In this document: piece after piece, positions 52,990-64,000 of the stretch
How the letters are laid out: each line of letters starts with the position of its first letter
Numbering within the stretch: position 1 is the stretch's first letter
Assembly (NCBI GenBank): GCA_030770535.1
Contig: JASVEC010000013.1
Location: forward strand, 1,116,001-1,180,000
Length of the DNA: 64,000 bases
Source: Batkoa obscura
Taxonomy: Eukaryota
Direction: 5' to 3'
Position numbers and translations under genes: made by a program
The notes under the pieces: model-generated
What the model saw: only the letters and a program-made list of their open reading frames with translations
What the model was told of the DNA's origin: nothing
The model's database searches: none

Positions 52990-54290
52990 TAGTTTCTAAC
53001 AAATCGGTTGGTGACATCCGAATTAGTTTCAGAATTTACTTAATAATTAATTCAAATTTCAAGTTATTAAAGTTTACTATTAATAATAACAAACTTAATC
53101 AAGCAATGTATAAAATTAGTGCTTTAAGGGAAACAGGAAACAAAAACCAACAAGTAGCATTATCATCAACTATAGTTTCAGTATATTCTTTTGATGAATG
53201 TAAAAGTTTTGGATTTAATATCTAAAGAGCTTTTAAAGAGTTTATAGAAATTAATATATGGGGGTGTTTTTTGGTTTCATTATTTTTTCCATTTTTTAAG
53301 CGCTATTTGAGTGGAAAGATTGTTAGTAAAATTCTTAAACAAAAAAATACATCCCCATATGGGCAGATGCAGGGAATCATTTTAAATCTCGAGAGTTTTT
53401 ACTGATGAGCCATCATGGAAAAAGTATGACTGATAAATATTTAGAAATTTTCATAATAGAAAAATAGTTTTGAAGCATTAAATAAAATAAAAAATATTAA
53501 TTAATTTCAAAATTTAAATACTCTATTTGTGGACATAATAAAATTAACAATTTAACTGCTAATAATAATAAAACAAATATAATTTTTAAAGTATGAAAAA
53601 AACAAAAATAATAAAAAATAATAATAAATAATAAAAAATAATAAAAAATAATAAAAAATAATAATAATAATAAATACTTACATTTTATTAAATATAATGA
53701 TAAACTATACTGCTATTCAGTATCTGATAGATCAAAAAAAAGTGATATGATTCCAATTAAGATTATAGAGTCTATAGAGAATAGGAAAAATTAAAAGATC
53801 AACCCCAGCTTATCTTATAAAAATAACAGAAAGTTTAAAAGTTTCAATATTTAGTAAACAGGTAAGTAGCTTATTAAATGATAAAAATTAGTTATTAAAT
53901 GTTGGTATTACTTAAATTATTAATGGCTAAGTTAATAAATAGTCAAAGAGCAAGTAGTTGTAATAATAAGTAAAAACTATTATTGTATTGTTTGCATTAT
54001 ATGGGGATGTATTTTTTTGTTTATGGATTTCACTAATAGTTTTCCCGCTCAAATAACGCTTAAAAGATAGAAAAATGAAGCCAAAAAAACACCCCCATAT
54101 AAAGATGGTTAATTGTAGTTTTAAGGCTAACCACTCCCTCCTTATACAGCTGTTTATTAACTTGGTAATATACTAATAAATCCAATTATAACAATAAAAT
54201 TGTTTATTTATTTGATAGCAAATCTGCAATATTAGTTATAAAGCAATCAATAATAAATATTTTTTAATAAAGTTTTATAAAGATATCAAT
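52990..54290 (+). mobile_element. Internally deleted Sola-like relic with MITEs (53260-53356, 54003-54096)
   Basis: Fragments matching 44140, 44845-45000, 42370-42940 and 46090-46400. Confidence 0.7.
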
Positions 54291-54454
54291 CATGTTTTTT
54301 TTGGCTTCATTACTTTCTCTATTTTTTTAAGCACTATTTAAGCGGAGAAATTTACTAGCAATTTTTCCGCTCAGATAGCGCTTAAAAGATAGAAAAAATA
54401 GCGAGACCAAAAAAGATATCCATCCTTATGTTTAGATTTTTTTAATTTTAATAT

Positions 54455-56700
54455 GGGGGTGTCCGAATTGGGTTCATTTTTTTATCCAATTTTTAAACTA
54501 TTTTATTATAATTTATATTGTAAGTTAGCGGAATTTCTATCAAATTTAATATAAATTCTTGAATTAGCAAGGCTTTTATGAATATAGTCTATATAGTGAT
54601 AGTAATTAAAGTTGTAATATGTAATATGTAAATAAATATATATTTTTATAAAACTTTATTAAGAGATATTTATTATTAACTGCTTTATAGCTAACACTGC
54701 AGATTTACTATTAAATAAATAAACAATTTTAATATTATAATTACATTATTAATGTATCACTAAGTTAATAAATAGTTGCATGGGAGGGAGTGGTTAGCCC
54801 CAAAACTATAATTAACCAACCCTATGTAACACAAGCAGTGTAACAATAGTTTTTACTTATTATTACAACTACTTGCTCTTTGAATATTTATTAGCTTAGC
54901 TATTAACAATTTAAATAATATTGACATTTAATAATTGATTTCTATCATTTGATAAGCTATTTACTTGTTTACTAAATATTGAACTTAAATTTTCATTTAT
55001 TTTTTAAAATAACCTGGAGTTAATTTTTTGTAAACTTTATAACTTTAGTTGGGATCATATCACTTTTTTTTGATCTATCAGTACTGGATAACAGTGTAGT
55101 TTATTACCACGTTTAATAAAATGTAAGTACTTTTAATACCTTGTATTTTTATTATTTTTATTATTTTTTTGTATCTTTGTTTCTTTCATACTTTTTAAAA
55201 ATTATATTTGTTTTTCCATTATTGACAGTTGAGTTATTAACTCTATTATGTTCACAAATAAAAATCTCATTTGAAATCAATTGATTAATATCTTCTATCT
55301 TACCTAATGCTTTAAGACTATTTTTCCACTATGAAAGATTTCCAAAATGTCCATCAACTATACTTTTTCCATGATGCCAGCAAAAAAATCAAGATCAATA
55401 TTAAACTACTATTTATTTTATAAATTTCTTCAAATATATAATGTAAAAACTCTTGAGATTTAAAATGATATCCTGTATCTGTCCATATATTAATTTTTGT
55501 AAACTTTTTAAATAAAGGCTCTTTAGATTCAAATCAATTAAACAATCTCCTACATATGCTGAATCATGATTTAATATTTTAGATAAATAATCAAAATAAA
55601 CTTTGGCTACTGTTTTATCATTTTTTAAATATAAAACATTAAAACCTGATACTGATATAGCTTGCTTATTATAATGATCTAAATTTATTGGATCTGGTCT
55701 TGTTCCTATTTCCATATTTTGTTTAAAGTCTAAAATTATTATACCTTTTATTATTTAATTTTTTAGCAATTTTATTGGATATGTTTTTTAAGCATTAATA
55801 TAAAATCTATATAATTTATAACTTTTTTCTAACTGTATACTGGGCACACATATTACATAAATCTGTTTTTCTTGCTGGATTTTTAAAATTATTTGGTATA
55901 TATTTGAAAAATGTTGACCTAGCTACTGCTTTATCTTTTAAATCATTAAAATATTTACTATATATCATTCTTCTACCTTTATTTAACATACATATTATCT
56001 GATGAATATTTATTATCATTATTTTTATTATTATTAAATCTTGATGAAATAGTTGAATTATCAAGTAAATATTGTATAATAATCTCAATTTGCTCATCTT
56101 TAATTTTTTTTGTATTTTTAATAATAGATTGTAATGTTAGTATTTTATTATTGCTAATTATTTTTAAATAACCATATTGATTTCTACTTATATTAAATCC
56201 AAAACTTTTACATTCATCAAAAGAATATACTGAAGCTATAGTCGATAATAATACTACTTGTTGGTTTTTGTTTCCTGTTTCCTTTAAAGCACTAATTTTA
56301 TACATTGCTTGATTAAATTTGTTATTATTAATAGTAAACCTTAGTAACATTTCTTTTCTTTTTATTTTTGTTTTGATAAAAAACAAAGTTAAATAATTAC
56401 ATGATTGTATATTATATGGGGATGTATTTTTGTGTTTAAGAATTTTACTAACAAATTTTCCGCTCAAATAGCGCTTAAAAGATGGAAAAAGTTATGAAGC
56501 TAAAAAAAACACCACCATATATTTATTAAACATTTAATAATAAATATATTTAACATATAATTAACTTTTTTAATTATTTAAAAAAAATAGAACAACTAAA
56601 ATAAGTCTTTTAAGTTAAATTTTTTATATACTTTTAAGCTTTTTAATTTAACTGATCATGTATTAAAGACTTATAAAATTAAAAACTTAAATTTAGATCA
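54455..56700 (-). mobile_element. Most complete Sola-like transposon relic (right TIR intact, left end broken at the 5S array)
   Basis: ATAT-GGGGGTGTCCGAATTGGGTTCA at 54455; frameshifted transposase with RKTDLCNMC, DFKQN, WTDTGYHFKS, HHGKSIVDGHFG; MITE at 56418-56516. Confidence 0.8.
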
Positions 56701-56880
56701 ATTTTTAATATTTATAATTAAAACTTTTTTATTTTATATTATTTAGATTTTACTAATATTTATAATTAATTTTAACAAGCTAAATAATATTTTTAATATA
56801 TCTAAAGCTTTATAAATCACCTTTAGATTAAGTATTTTATATAAAAAAATCAATTTGACAGCTGTTATAATATTTTAAAG

Positions 56881-56916
56881 CAAAAACAAAAACAAAAACA
56901 AAAACAAAAACAAAAA
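56881..56916 (-). terminator. Pol III terminator series (TTTTTG)n downstream of the 5S gene (repeated in every unit)
   Basis: Six T5 runs in unit 1, five in the other units. Confidence 0.7.
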
Positions 56917-57031
56917 CAACAGTACATACTATTCCCATATGGTCTCCCACTATAGTACTAAATATGCTGTACTTTGCTTAACTGCGCTGATCTGACGAGA
57001 AGCGGTGTTTTCAAAGTCATATGACCGTTGT
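56914..57031 (-). rRNA. 5S rRNA: 5S rRNA (copy 1)
   Basis: ACAACGGTCAT...GATC...GTTAAG...AGTACTA..TGGGAGACC...GGGAATA...GTACTGTTGT; helix I closes; followed by TTTTT terminators. Confidence 0.95.
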
Positions 57032-57055
57032 ACAATATTATAAAGGAGTGGGAAC

Positions 57056-57061
57056 TATATA
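57056..57061 (-). promoter_or_regulatory. TATA-like element at -25 to -30 of the 5S gene (repeated in every unit)
   Basis: TATATA 25-30 nt upstream of the 5S +1 on the minus strand. Confidence 0.55.
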
Positions 57062-57408
57062 ACTTTGATTATTTTGAATAAAATTATTAAAAAAATACAT
57101 TTTGAATAAAATTATTAAAAAAATACATTTTGAAAAATTGCAAACTTTAGAAATAAGAAATTTTTATTTTTAAATTTCTAATAAATACAATGTAGCTGTA
57201 TTCTTATTGTTTTGTTTTTTAGTATTTTTAAAAATATTAATAAAATCAGTTTTTTTAATATTTATAATTAATTTTAACAAGCTAAATAATATTTTTAATA
57301 TATCTAAAGCTTTATAAATCACCTTTAGATTAAGTATTTTATATAAAAAATCAATTTGACAGCTGTTATAATATTTTAAAGCAAAAACAAAAACAAAAAC
57401 AAAAACAA

Positions 57409-57526
57409 AAACAACAGTACATACTATTCCCATATGGTCTCCCACTATAGTACTAAATATGCTGTACTTTGCTTAACTGCGCTGATCTGACGAGAAGCGG
57501 TGTTTTCAAAGTCATATGACCGTTGT
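57409..57526 (-). rRNA. 5S rRNA: 5S rRNA (copy 2)
   Basis: Identical to copy 1. Confidence 0.95.
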
Positions 57527-57903
57527 ACAATATTATAAAGGAGTGGGAACTATATAACTTTGATTATTTTGAATAAAATTATTAAAAAAATACATTTTGA
57601 ATAAAATTATTAAAAAAATACATTTTGAAAAATTGCAAACTTTAGAAATAAGAAATTTTTATTTTTAAATTTCTAATAAATACAATGTAGCTGTATTCTT
57701 ATTGTTTTGTTTTTTAGTATTTTTAAAAATATTAATAAAATCAGTTTTTTTAATATTTATAATTAATTTTAACAAGCTAAATAATATTTTTAATATATCT
57801 AAAGCTTTATAAATCACCTTTAGATTAAGTATTTTATATAAAAAATCAATTTGACAGCTGTTATAATATTTTAAAGCAAAAACAAAAACAAAAACAAAAA
57901 CAA

Positions 57904-58021
57904 AAACAACAGTACATACTATTCCCATATGGTCTCCCACTATAGTACTAAATATGCTGTACTTTGCTTAACTGCGCTGATCTGACGAGAAGCGGTGTTT
58001 TCAAAGTCATATGACCGTTGT
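57904..58021 (-). rRNA. 5S rRNA: 5S rRNA (copy 3)
   Basis: Identical to copy 1. Confidence 0.95.
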
Positions 58022-58398
58022 ACAATATTATAAAGGAGTGGGAACTATATAACTTTGATTATTTTGAATAAAATTATTAAAAAAATACATTTTGAATAAA
58101 ATTATTAAAAAAATACATTTTGAAAAATTGCAAACTTTAGAAATAAGAAATTTTTATTTTTAAATTTCTAATAAATACAATGTAGCTGTATTCTTATTGT
58201 TTTGTTTTTTAGTATTTTTAAAAATATTAATAAAATCAGTTTTTTTAATATTTATAATTAATTTTAACAAGCTAAATAATATTTTTAATATATCTAAAGC
58301 TTTATAAATCACCTTTAGATTAAGTATTTTATATAAAAAATCAATTTGACAGCTGTTATAATATTTTAAAGCAAAAACAAAAACAAAAACAAAAACAA

Positions 58399-58516
58399 AA
58401 ACAACAGTACATACTATTCCCATATGGTCTCCCACTATAGTACTAAATATGCTGTACTTTGCTTAACTGCGCTGATCTGACGAGAAGCGGTGTTTTCAAA
58501 GTCATATGACCGTTGT
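58399..58516 (-). rRNA. 5S rRNA: 5S rRNA (copy 4)
   Basis: Identical to copy 1. Confidence 0.95.
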
Positions 58517-58893
58517 ACAATATTATAAAGGAGTGGGAACTATATAACTTTGATTATTTTGAATAAAATTATTAAAAAAATACATTTTGAATAAAATTAT
58601 TAAAAAAATACATTTTGAAAAATTGCAAACTTTAGAAATAAGAAATTTTTATTTTTAAATTTCTAATAAATACAATGTAGCTGTATTCTTATTGTTTTGT
58701 TTTTTAGTATTTTTAAAAATATTAATAAAATCAGTTTTTTTAATATTTATAATTAATTTTAACAAGCTAAATAATATTTTTAATATATCTAAAGCTTTAT
58801 AAATCACCTTTAGATTAAGTATTTTATATAAAAAATCAATTTGACAGCTGTTATAATATTTTAAAGCAAAAACAAAAACAAAAACAAAAACAA

Positions 58894-59011
58894 AAACAAC
58901 AGTACATACTATTCCCATATGGTCTCCCACTATAGTACTAAATATGCTGTACTTTGCTTAACTGCGCTGATCTGACGAGAAGCGGTGTTTTCAAAGTCAT
59001 ATGACCGTTGT
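58894..59011 (-). rRNA. 5S rRNA: 5S rRNA (copy 5)
   Basis: Identical to copy 1. Confidence 0.95.
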
Positions 59012-59388
59012 ACAATATTATAAAGGAGTGGGAACTATATAACTTTGATTATTTTGAATAAAATTATTAAAAAAATACATTTTGAATAAAATTATTAAAA
59101 AAATACATTTTGAAAAATTGCAAACTTTAGAAATAAGAAATTTTTATTTTTAAATTTCTAATAAATACAATGTAGCTGTATTCTTATTGTTTTGTTTTTT
59201 AGTATTTTTAAAAATATTAATAAAATCAGTTTTTTTAATATTTATAATTAATTTTAACAAGCTAAATAATATTTTTAATATATCTAAAGCTTTATAAATC
59301 ACCTTTAGATTAAGTATTTTATATAAAAAATCAATTTGACAGCTGTTATAATATTTTAAAGCAAAAACAAAAACAAAAACAAAAACAA

Positions 59389-59506
59389 AAACAACAGTAC
59401 ATACTATTCCCATATGGTCTCCCACTATAGTACTAAATATGCTGTACTTTGCTTAACTGCGCTGATCTGACGAGAAGCGGTGTTTTCAAAGTCATATGAC
59501 CGTTGT
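59389..59506 (-). rRNA. 5S rRNA: 5S rRNA (copy 6)
   Basis: Identical to copy 1. Confidence 0.95.
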
Positions 59507-59883
59507 ACAATATTATAAAGGAGTGGGAACTATATAACTTTGATTATTTTGAATAAAATTATTAAAAAAATACATTTTGAATAAAATTATTAAAAAAATA
59601 CATTTTGAAAAATTGCAAACTTTAGAAATAAGAAATTTTTATTTTTAAATTTCTAATAAATACAATGTAGCTGTATTCTTATTGTTTTGTTTTTTAGTAT
59701 TTTTAAAAATATTAATAAAATCAGTTTTTTTAATATTTATAATTAATTTTAACAAGCTAAATAATATTTTTAATATATCTAAAGCTTTATAAATCACCTT
59801 TAGATTAAGTATTTTATATAAAAAATCAATTTGACAGCTGTTATAATATTTTAAAGCAAAAACAAAAACAAAAACAAAAACAA

Positions 59884-60001
59884 AAACAACAGTACATACT
59901 ATTCCCATATGGTCTCCCACTATAGTACTAAATATGCTGTACTTTGCTTAACTGCGCTGATCTGACGAGAAGCGGTGTTTTCAAAGTCATATGACCGTTG
60001 T
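59884..60001 (-). rRNA. 5S rRNA: 5S rRNA (copy 7)
   Basis: Identical to copy 1. Confidence 0.95.
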
Positions 60002-60378
60002 ACAATATTATAAAGGAGTGGGAACTATATAACTTTGATTATTTTGAATAAAATTATTAAAAAAATACATTTTGAATAAAATTATTAAAAAAATACATTT
60101 TGAAAAATTGCAAACTTTAGAAATAAGAAATTTTTATTTTTAAATTTCTAATAAATACAATGTAGCTGTATTCTTATTGTTTTGTTTTTTAGTATTTTTA
60201 AAAATATTAATAAAATCAGTTTTTTTAATATTTATAATTAATTTTAACAAGCTAAATAATATTTTTAATATATCTAAAGCTTTATAAATCACCTTTAGAT
60301 TAAGTATTTTATATAAAAAATCAATTTGACAGCTGTTATAATATTTTAAAGCAAAAACAAAAACAAAAACAAAAACAA

Positions 60379-60496
60379 AAACAACAGTACATACTATTCC
60401 CATATGGTCTCCCACTATAGTACTAAATATGCTGTACTTTGCTTAACTGCGCTGATCTGACGAGAAGCGGTGTTTTCAAAGTCATATGACCGTTGT
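60379..60496 (-). rRNA. 5S rRNA: 5S rRNA (copy 8)
   Basis: Identical to copy 1. Confidence 0.95.
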
Positions 60497-60873
60497 ACAA
60501 TATTATAAAGGAGTGGGAACTATATAACTTTGATTATTTTGAATAAAATTATTAAAAAAATACATTTTGAATAAAATTATTAAAAAAATACATTTTGAAA
60601 AATTGCAAACTTTAGAAATAAGAAATTTTTATTTTTAAATTTCTAATAAATACAATGTAGCTGTATTCTTATTGTTTTGTTTTTTAGTATTTTTAAAAAT
60701 ATTAATAAAATCAGTTTTTTTAATATTTATAATTAATTTTAACAAGCTAAATAATATTTTTAATATATCTAAAGCTTTATAAATCACCTTTAGATTAAGT
60801 ATTTTATATAAAAAATCAATTTGACAGCTGTTATAATATTTTAAAGCAAAAACAAAAACAAAAACAAAAACAA

Positions 60874-60991
60874 AAACAACAGTACATACTATTCCCATAT
60901 GGTCTCCCACTATAGTACTAAATATGCTGTACTTTGCTTAACTGCGCTGATCTGACGAGAAGCGGTGTTTTCAAAGTCATATGACCGTTGT
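60874..60991 (-). rRNA. 5S rRNA: 5S rRNA (copy 9)
   Basis: Identical to copy 1. Confidence 0.95.
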
Positions 60992-61368
60992 ACAATATTA
61001 TAAAGGAGTGGGAACTATATAACTTTGATTATTTTGAATAAAATTATTAAAAAAATACATTTTGAATAAAATTATTAAAAAAATACATTTTGAAAAATTG
61101 CAAACTTTAGAAATAAGAAATTTTTATTTTTAAATTTCTAATAAATACAATGTAGCTGTATTCTTATTGTTTTGTTTTTTAGTATTTTTAAAAATATTAA
61201 TAAAATCAGTTTTTTTAATATTTATAATTAATTTTAACAAGCTAAATAATATTTTTAATATATCTAAAGCTTTATAAATCACCTTTAGATTAAGTATTTT
61301 ATATAAAAAATCAATTTGACAGCTGTTATAATATTTTAAAGCAAAAACAAAAACAAAAACAAAAACAA

Positions 61369-61486
61369 AAACAACAGTACATACTATTCCCATATGGTCT
61401 CCCACTATAGTACTAAATATGCTGTACTTTGCTTAACTGCGCTGATCTGACGAGAAGCGGTGTTTTCAAAGTCATATGACCGTTGT
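61369..61486 (-). rRNA. 5S rRNA: 5S rRNA (copy 10)
   Basis: Identical to copy 1. Confidence 0.95.
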
Positions 61487-61863
61487 ACAATATTATAAAG
61501 GAGTGGGAACTATATAACTTTGATTATTTTGAATAAAATTATTAAAAAAATACATTTTGAATAAAATTATTAAAAAAATACATTTTGAAAAATTGCAAAC
61601 TTTAGAAATAAGAAATTTTTATTTTTAAATTTCTAATAAATACAATGTAGCTGTATTCTTATTGTTTTGTTTTTTAGTATTTTTAAAAATATTAATAAAA
61701 TCAGTTTTTTTAATATTTATAATTAATTTTAACAAGCTAAATAATATTTTTAATATATCTAAAGCTTTATAAATCACCTTTAGATTAAGTATTTTATATA
61801 AAAAATCAATTTGACAGCTGTTATAATATTTTAAAGCAAAAACAAAAACAAAAACAAAAACAA

Positions 61864-61981
61864 AAACAACAGTACATACTATTCCCATATGGTCTCCCAC
61901 TATAGTACTAAATATGCTGTACTTTGCTTAACTGCGCTGATCTGACGAGAAGCGGTGTTTTCAAAGTCATATGACCGTTGT
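61864..61981 (-). rRNA. 5S rRNA: 5S rRNA (copy 11)
   Basis: Identical to copy 1. Confidence 0.95.
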
Positions 61982-62358
61982 ACAATATTATAAAGGAGTG
62001 GGAACTATATAACTTTGATTATTTTGAATAAAATTATTAAAAAAATACATTTTGAATAAAATTATTAAAAAAATACATTTTGAAAAATTGCAAACTTTAG
62101 AAATAAGAAATTTTTATTTTTAAATTTCTAATAAATACAATGTAGCTGTATTCTTATTGTTTTGTTTTTTAGTATTTTTAAAAATATTAATAAAATCAGT
62201 TTTTTTAATATTTATAATTAATTTTAACAAGCTAAATAATATTTTTAATATATCTAAAGCTTTATAAATCACCTTTAGATTAAGTATTTTATATAAAAAA
62301 TCAATTTGACAGCTGTTATAATATTTTAAAGCAAAAACAAAAACAAAAACAAAAACAA

Positions 62359-62476
62359 AAACAACAGTACATACTATTCCCATATGGTCTCCCACTATAG
62401 TACTAAATATGCTGTACTTTGCTTAACTGCGCTGATCTGACGAGAAGCGGTGTTTTCAAAGTCATATGACCGTTGT
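62359..62476 (-). rRNA. 5S rRNA: 5S rRNA (copy 12)
   Basis: Identical to copy 1. Confidence 0.95.
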
Positions 62477-62853
62477 ACAATATTATAAAGGAGTGGGAAC
62501 TATATAACTTTGATTATTTTGAATAAAATTATTAAAAAAATACATTTTGAATAAAATTATTAAAAAAATACATTTTGAAAAATTGCAAACTTTAGAAATA
62601 AGAAATTTTTATTTTTAAATTTCTAATAAATACAATGTAGCTGTATTCTTATTGTTTTGTTTTTTAGTATTTTTAAAAATATTAATAAAATCAGTTTTTT
62701 TAATATTTATAATTAATTTTAACAAGCTAAATAATATTTTTAATATATCTAAAGCTTTATAAATCACCTTTAGATTAAGTATTTTATATAAAAAATCAAT
62801 TTGACAGCTGTTATAATATTTTAAAGCAAAAACAAAAACAAAAACAAAAACAA

Positions 62854-62971
62854 AAACAACAGTACATACTATTCCCATATGGTCTCCCACTATAGTACTA
62901 AATATGCTGTACTTTGCTTAACTGCGCTGATCTGACGAGAAGCGGTGTTTTCAAAGTCATATGACCGTTGT
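62854..62971 (-). rRNA. 5S rRNA: 5S rRNA (copy 13)
   Basis: Identical to copy 1. Confidence 0.95.
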
Positions 62972-63348
62972 ACAATATTATAAAGGAGTGGGAACTATAT
63001 AACTTTGATTATTTTGAATAAAATTATTAAAAAAATACATTTTGAATAAAATTATTAAAAAAATACATTTTGAAAAATTGCAAACTTTAGAAATAAGAAA
63101 TTTTTATTTTTAAATTTCTAATAAATACAATGTAGCTGTATTCTTATTGTTTTGTTTTTTAGTATTTTTAAAAATATTAATAAAATCAGTTTTTTTAATA
63201 TTTATAATTAATTTTAACAAGCTAAATAATATTTTTAATATATCTAAAGCTTTATAAATCACCTTTAGATTAAGTATTTTATATAAAAAATCAATTTGAC
63301 AGCTGTTATAATATTTTAAAGCAAAAACAAAAACAAAAACAAAAACAA

Positions 63349-63466
63349 AAACAACAGTACATACTATTCCCATATGGTCTCCCACTATAGTACTAAATAT
63401 GCTGTACTTTGCTTAACTGCGCTGATCTGACGAGAAGCGGTGTTTTCAAAGTCATATGACCGTTGT
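63349..63466 (-). rRNA. 5S rRNA: 5S rRNA (copy 14)
   Basis: Identical to copy 1. Confidence 0.95.
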
Positions 63467-63815
63467 ACAATATTATAAAGGAGTGGGAACTATATAACTT
63501 TGATTATTTTGAATAAAATTATTAAAAAAATACATTTTGAAAAATTGCAAACTTTAGAAATAAGAAATTTTTATTTTTAAATTTCTAATAAATACAATGT
63601 AGCTGTATTCTTATTGTTTTGTTTTTTAGTATTTTTAAAAATATTAATAAAATCAGTTTTTTTAATATTTATAATTAATTTTAACAAGCTAAATAATATT
63701 TTTAATATATCTAAAGCTTTATAAATCACCTTTAGATTAAGTATTTTATATAAAAAATCAATTTGACAGCTGTTATAATATTTTAAAGCAAAAACAAAAA
63801 CAAAAACAAAAACAA

Positions 63816-63933
63816 AAACAACAGTACATACTATTCCCATATGGTCTCCCACTATAGTACTAAATATGCTGTACTTTGCTTAACTGCGCTGATCTGACGA
63901 GAAGCGGTGTTTTCAAAGTCATATGACCGTTGT
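63816..63933 (-). rRNA. 5S rRNA: 5S rRNA (copy 15)
   Basis: Identical to copy 1. Confidence 0.95.
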
Positions 63934-64000
63934 ACAATATTATAAAGGAGTGGGAACTATATAACTTTGATTATTTTGAATAAAATTATTAAAAAAATAC

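Larger units (their letters stand above)
56754..64000. repeat. 5S rDNA tandem array, 495-bp unit, 15 genes visible, continues past the window end
   Basis: Exact 495-bp periodicity; last unit is 467 bp (loss of one copy of a 28-bp spacer duplication). Confidence 0.97.

Noticed and set aside
56931..56941. CCCATAT inside 5S resembling the MITE end
   Set aside because: Part of the conserved 5S sequence; no further similarity
57170..63852. Repeated 91-aa ORF MGDHMGIVCTVVFVF...
   Set aside because: Starts inside the 5S gene and reads through the terminator microsatellite; a by-product of the repeat
56754..64000. CRISPR array, telomeric or purely satellite repeat
   Set aside because: Units are identical with no variable spacers, and each contains a complete 5S rRNA gene

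Overview
Eukaryotic, very AT-rich, intron-rich fungal genomic DNA. The gene content (class III chitinase, rhodopsin-like 7TM receptor, short GT-AG introns) suggests an early-diverging fungus, possibly Entomophthoromycotina; this is inference only. 1-4.5 kb is the 3' part of an intact Ty3/Gypsy retrotransposon whose pol carries a degenerate dUTPase-like domain and an AT-hook-like motif. 5.7-37.7 kb is a gene-containing block: GH18 chitinase, two-finger GATA factor, GPCR-like gene, tRNA-Lys, two TMEM135-like paralogs, RanBP1/YRB1, a siderophore-transporter pseudogene, a UBX protein, tRNA-Met, NOB1, MND1 and ATG18. It is sprinkled with a ~100-bp MITE and solo LTRs. 38-56.7 kb has no recognisable host protein gene; it is an extremely AT-rich patchwork of decayed Sola-like DNA transposons, their MITEs, nested LTRs and near-identical inverted duplications, with a strong G:C->A:T transition signature that also affects a tRNA-Asp relic. 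56.75-64 kb is a homogeneous 495-bp tandem array of 5S rRNA genes (15 copies, minus strand) that runs off the window end. All calls come from reading the sequence by eye; no searches were run, and multi-exon gene boundaries are hand-derived.
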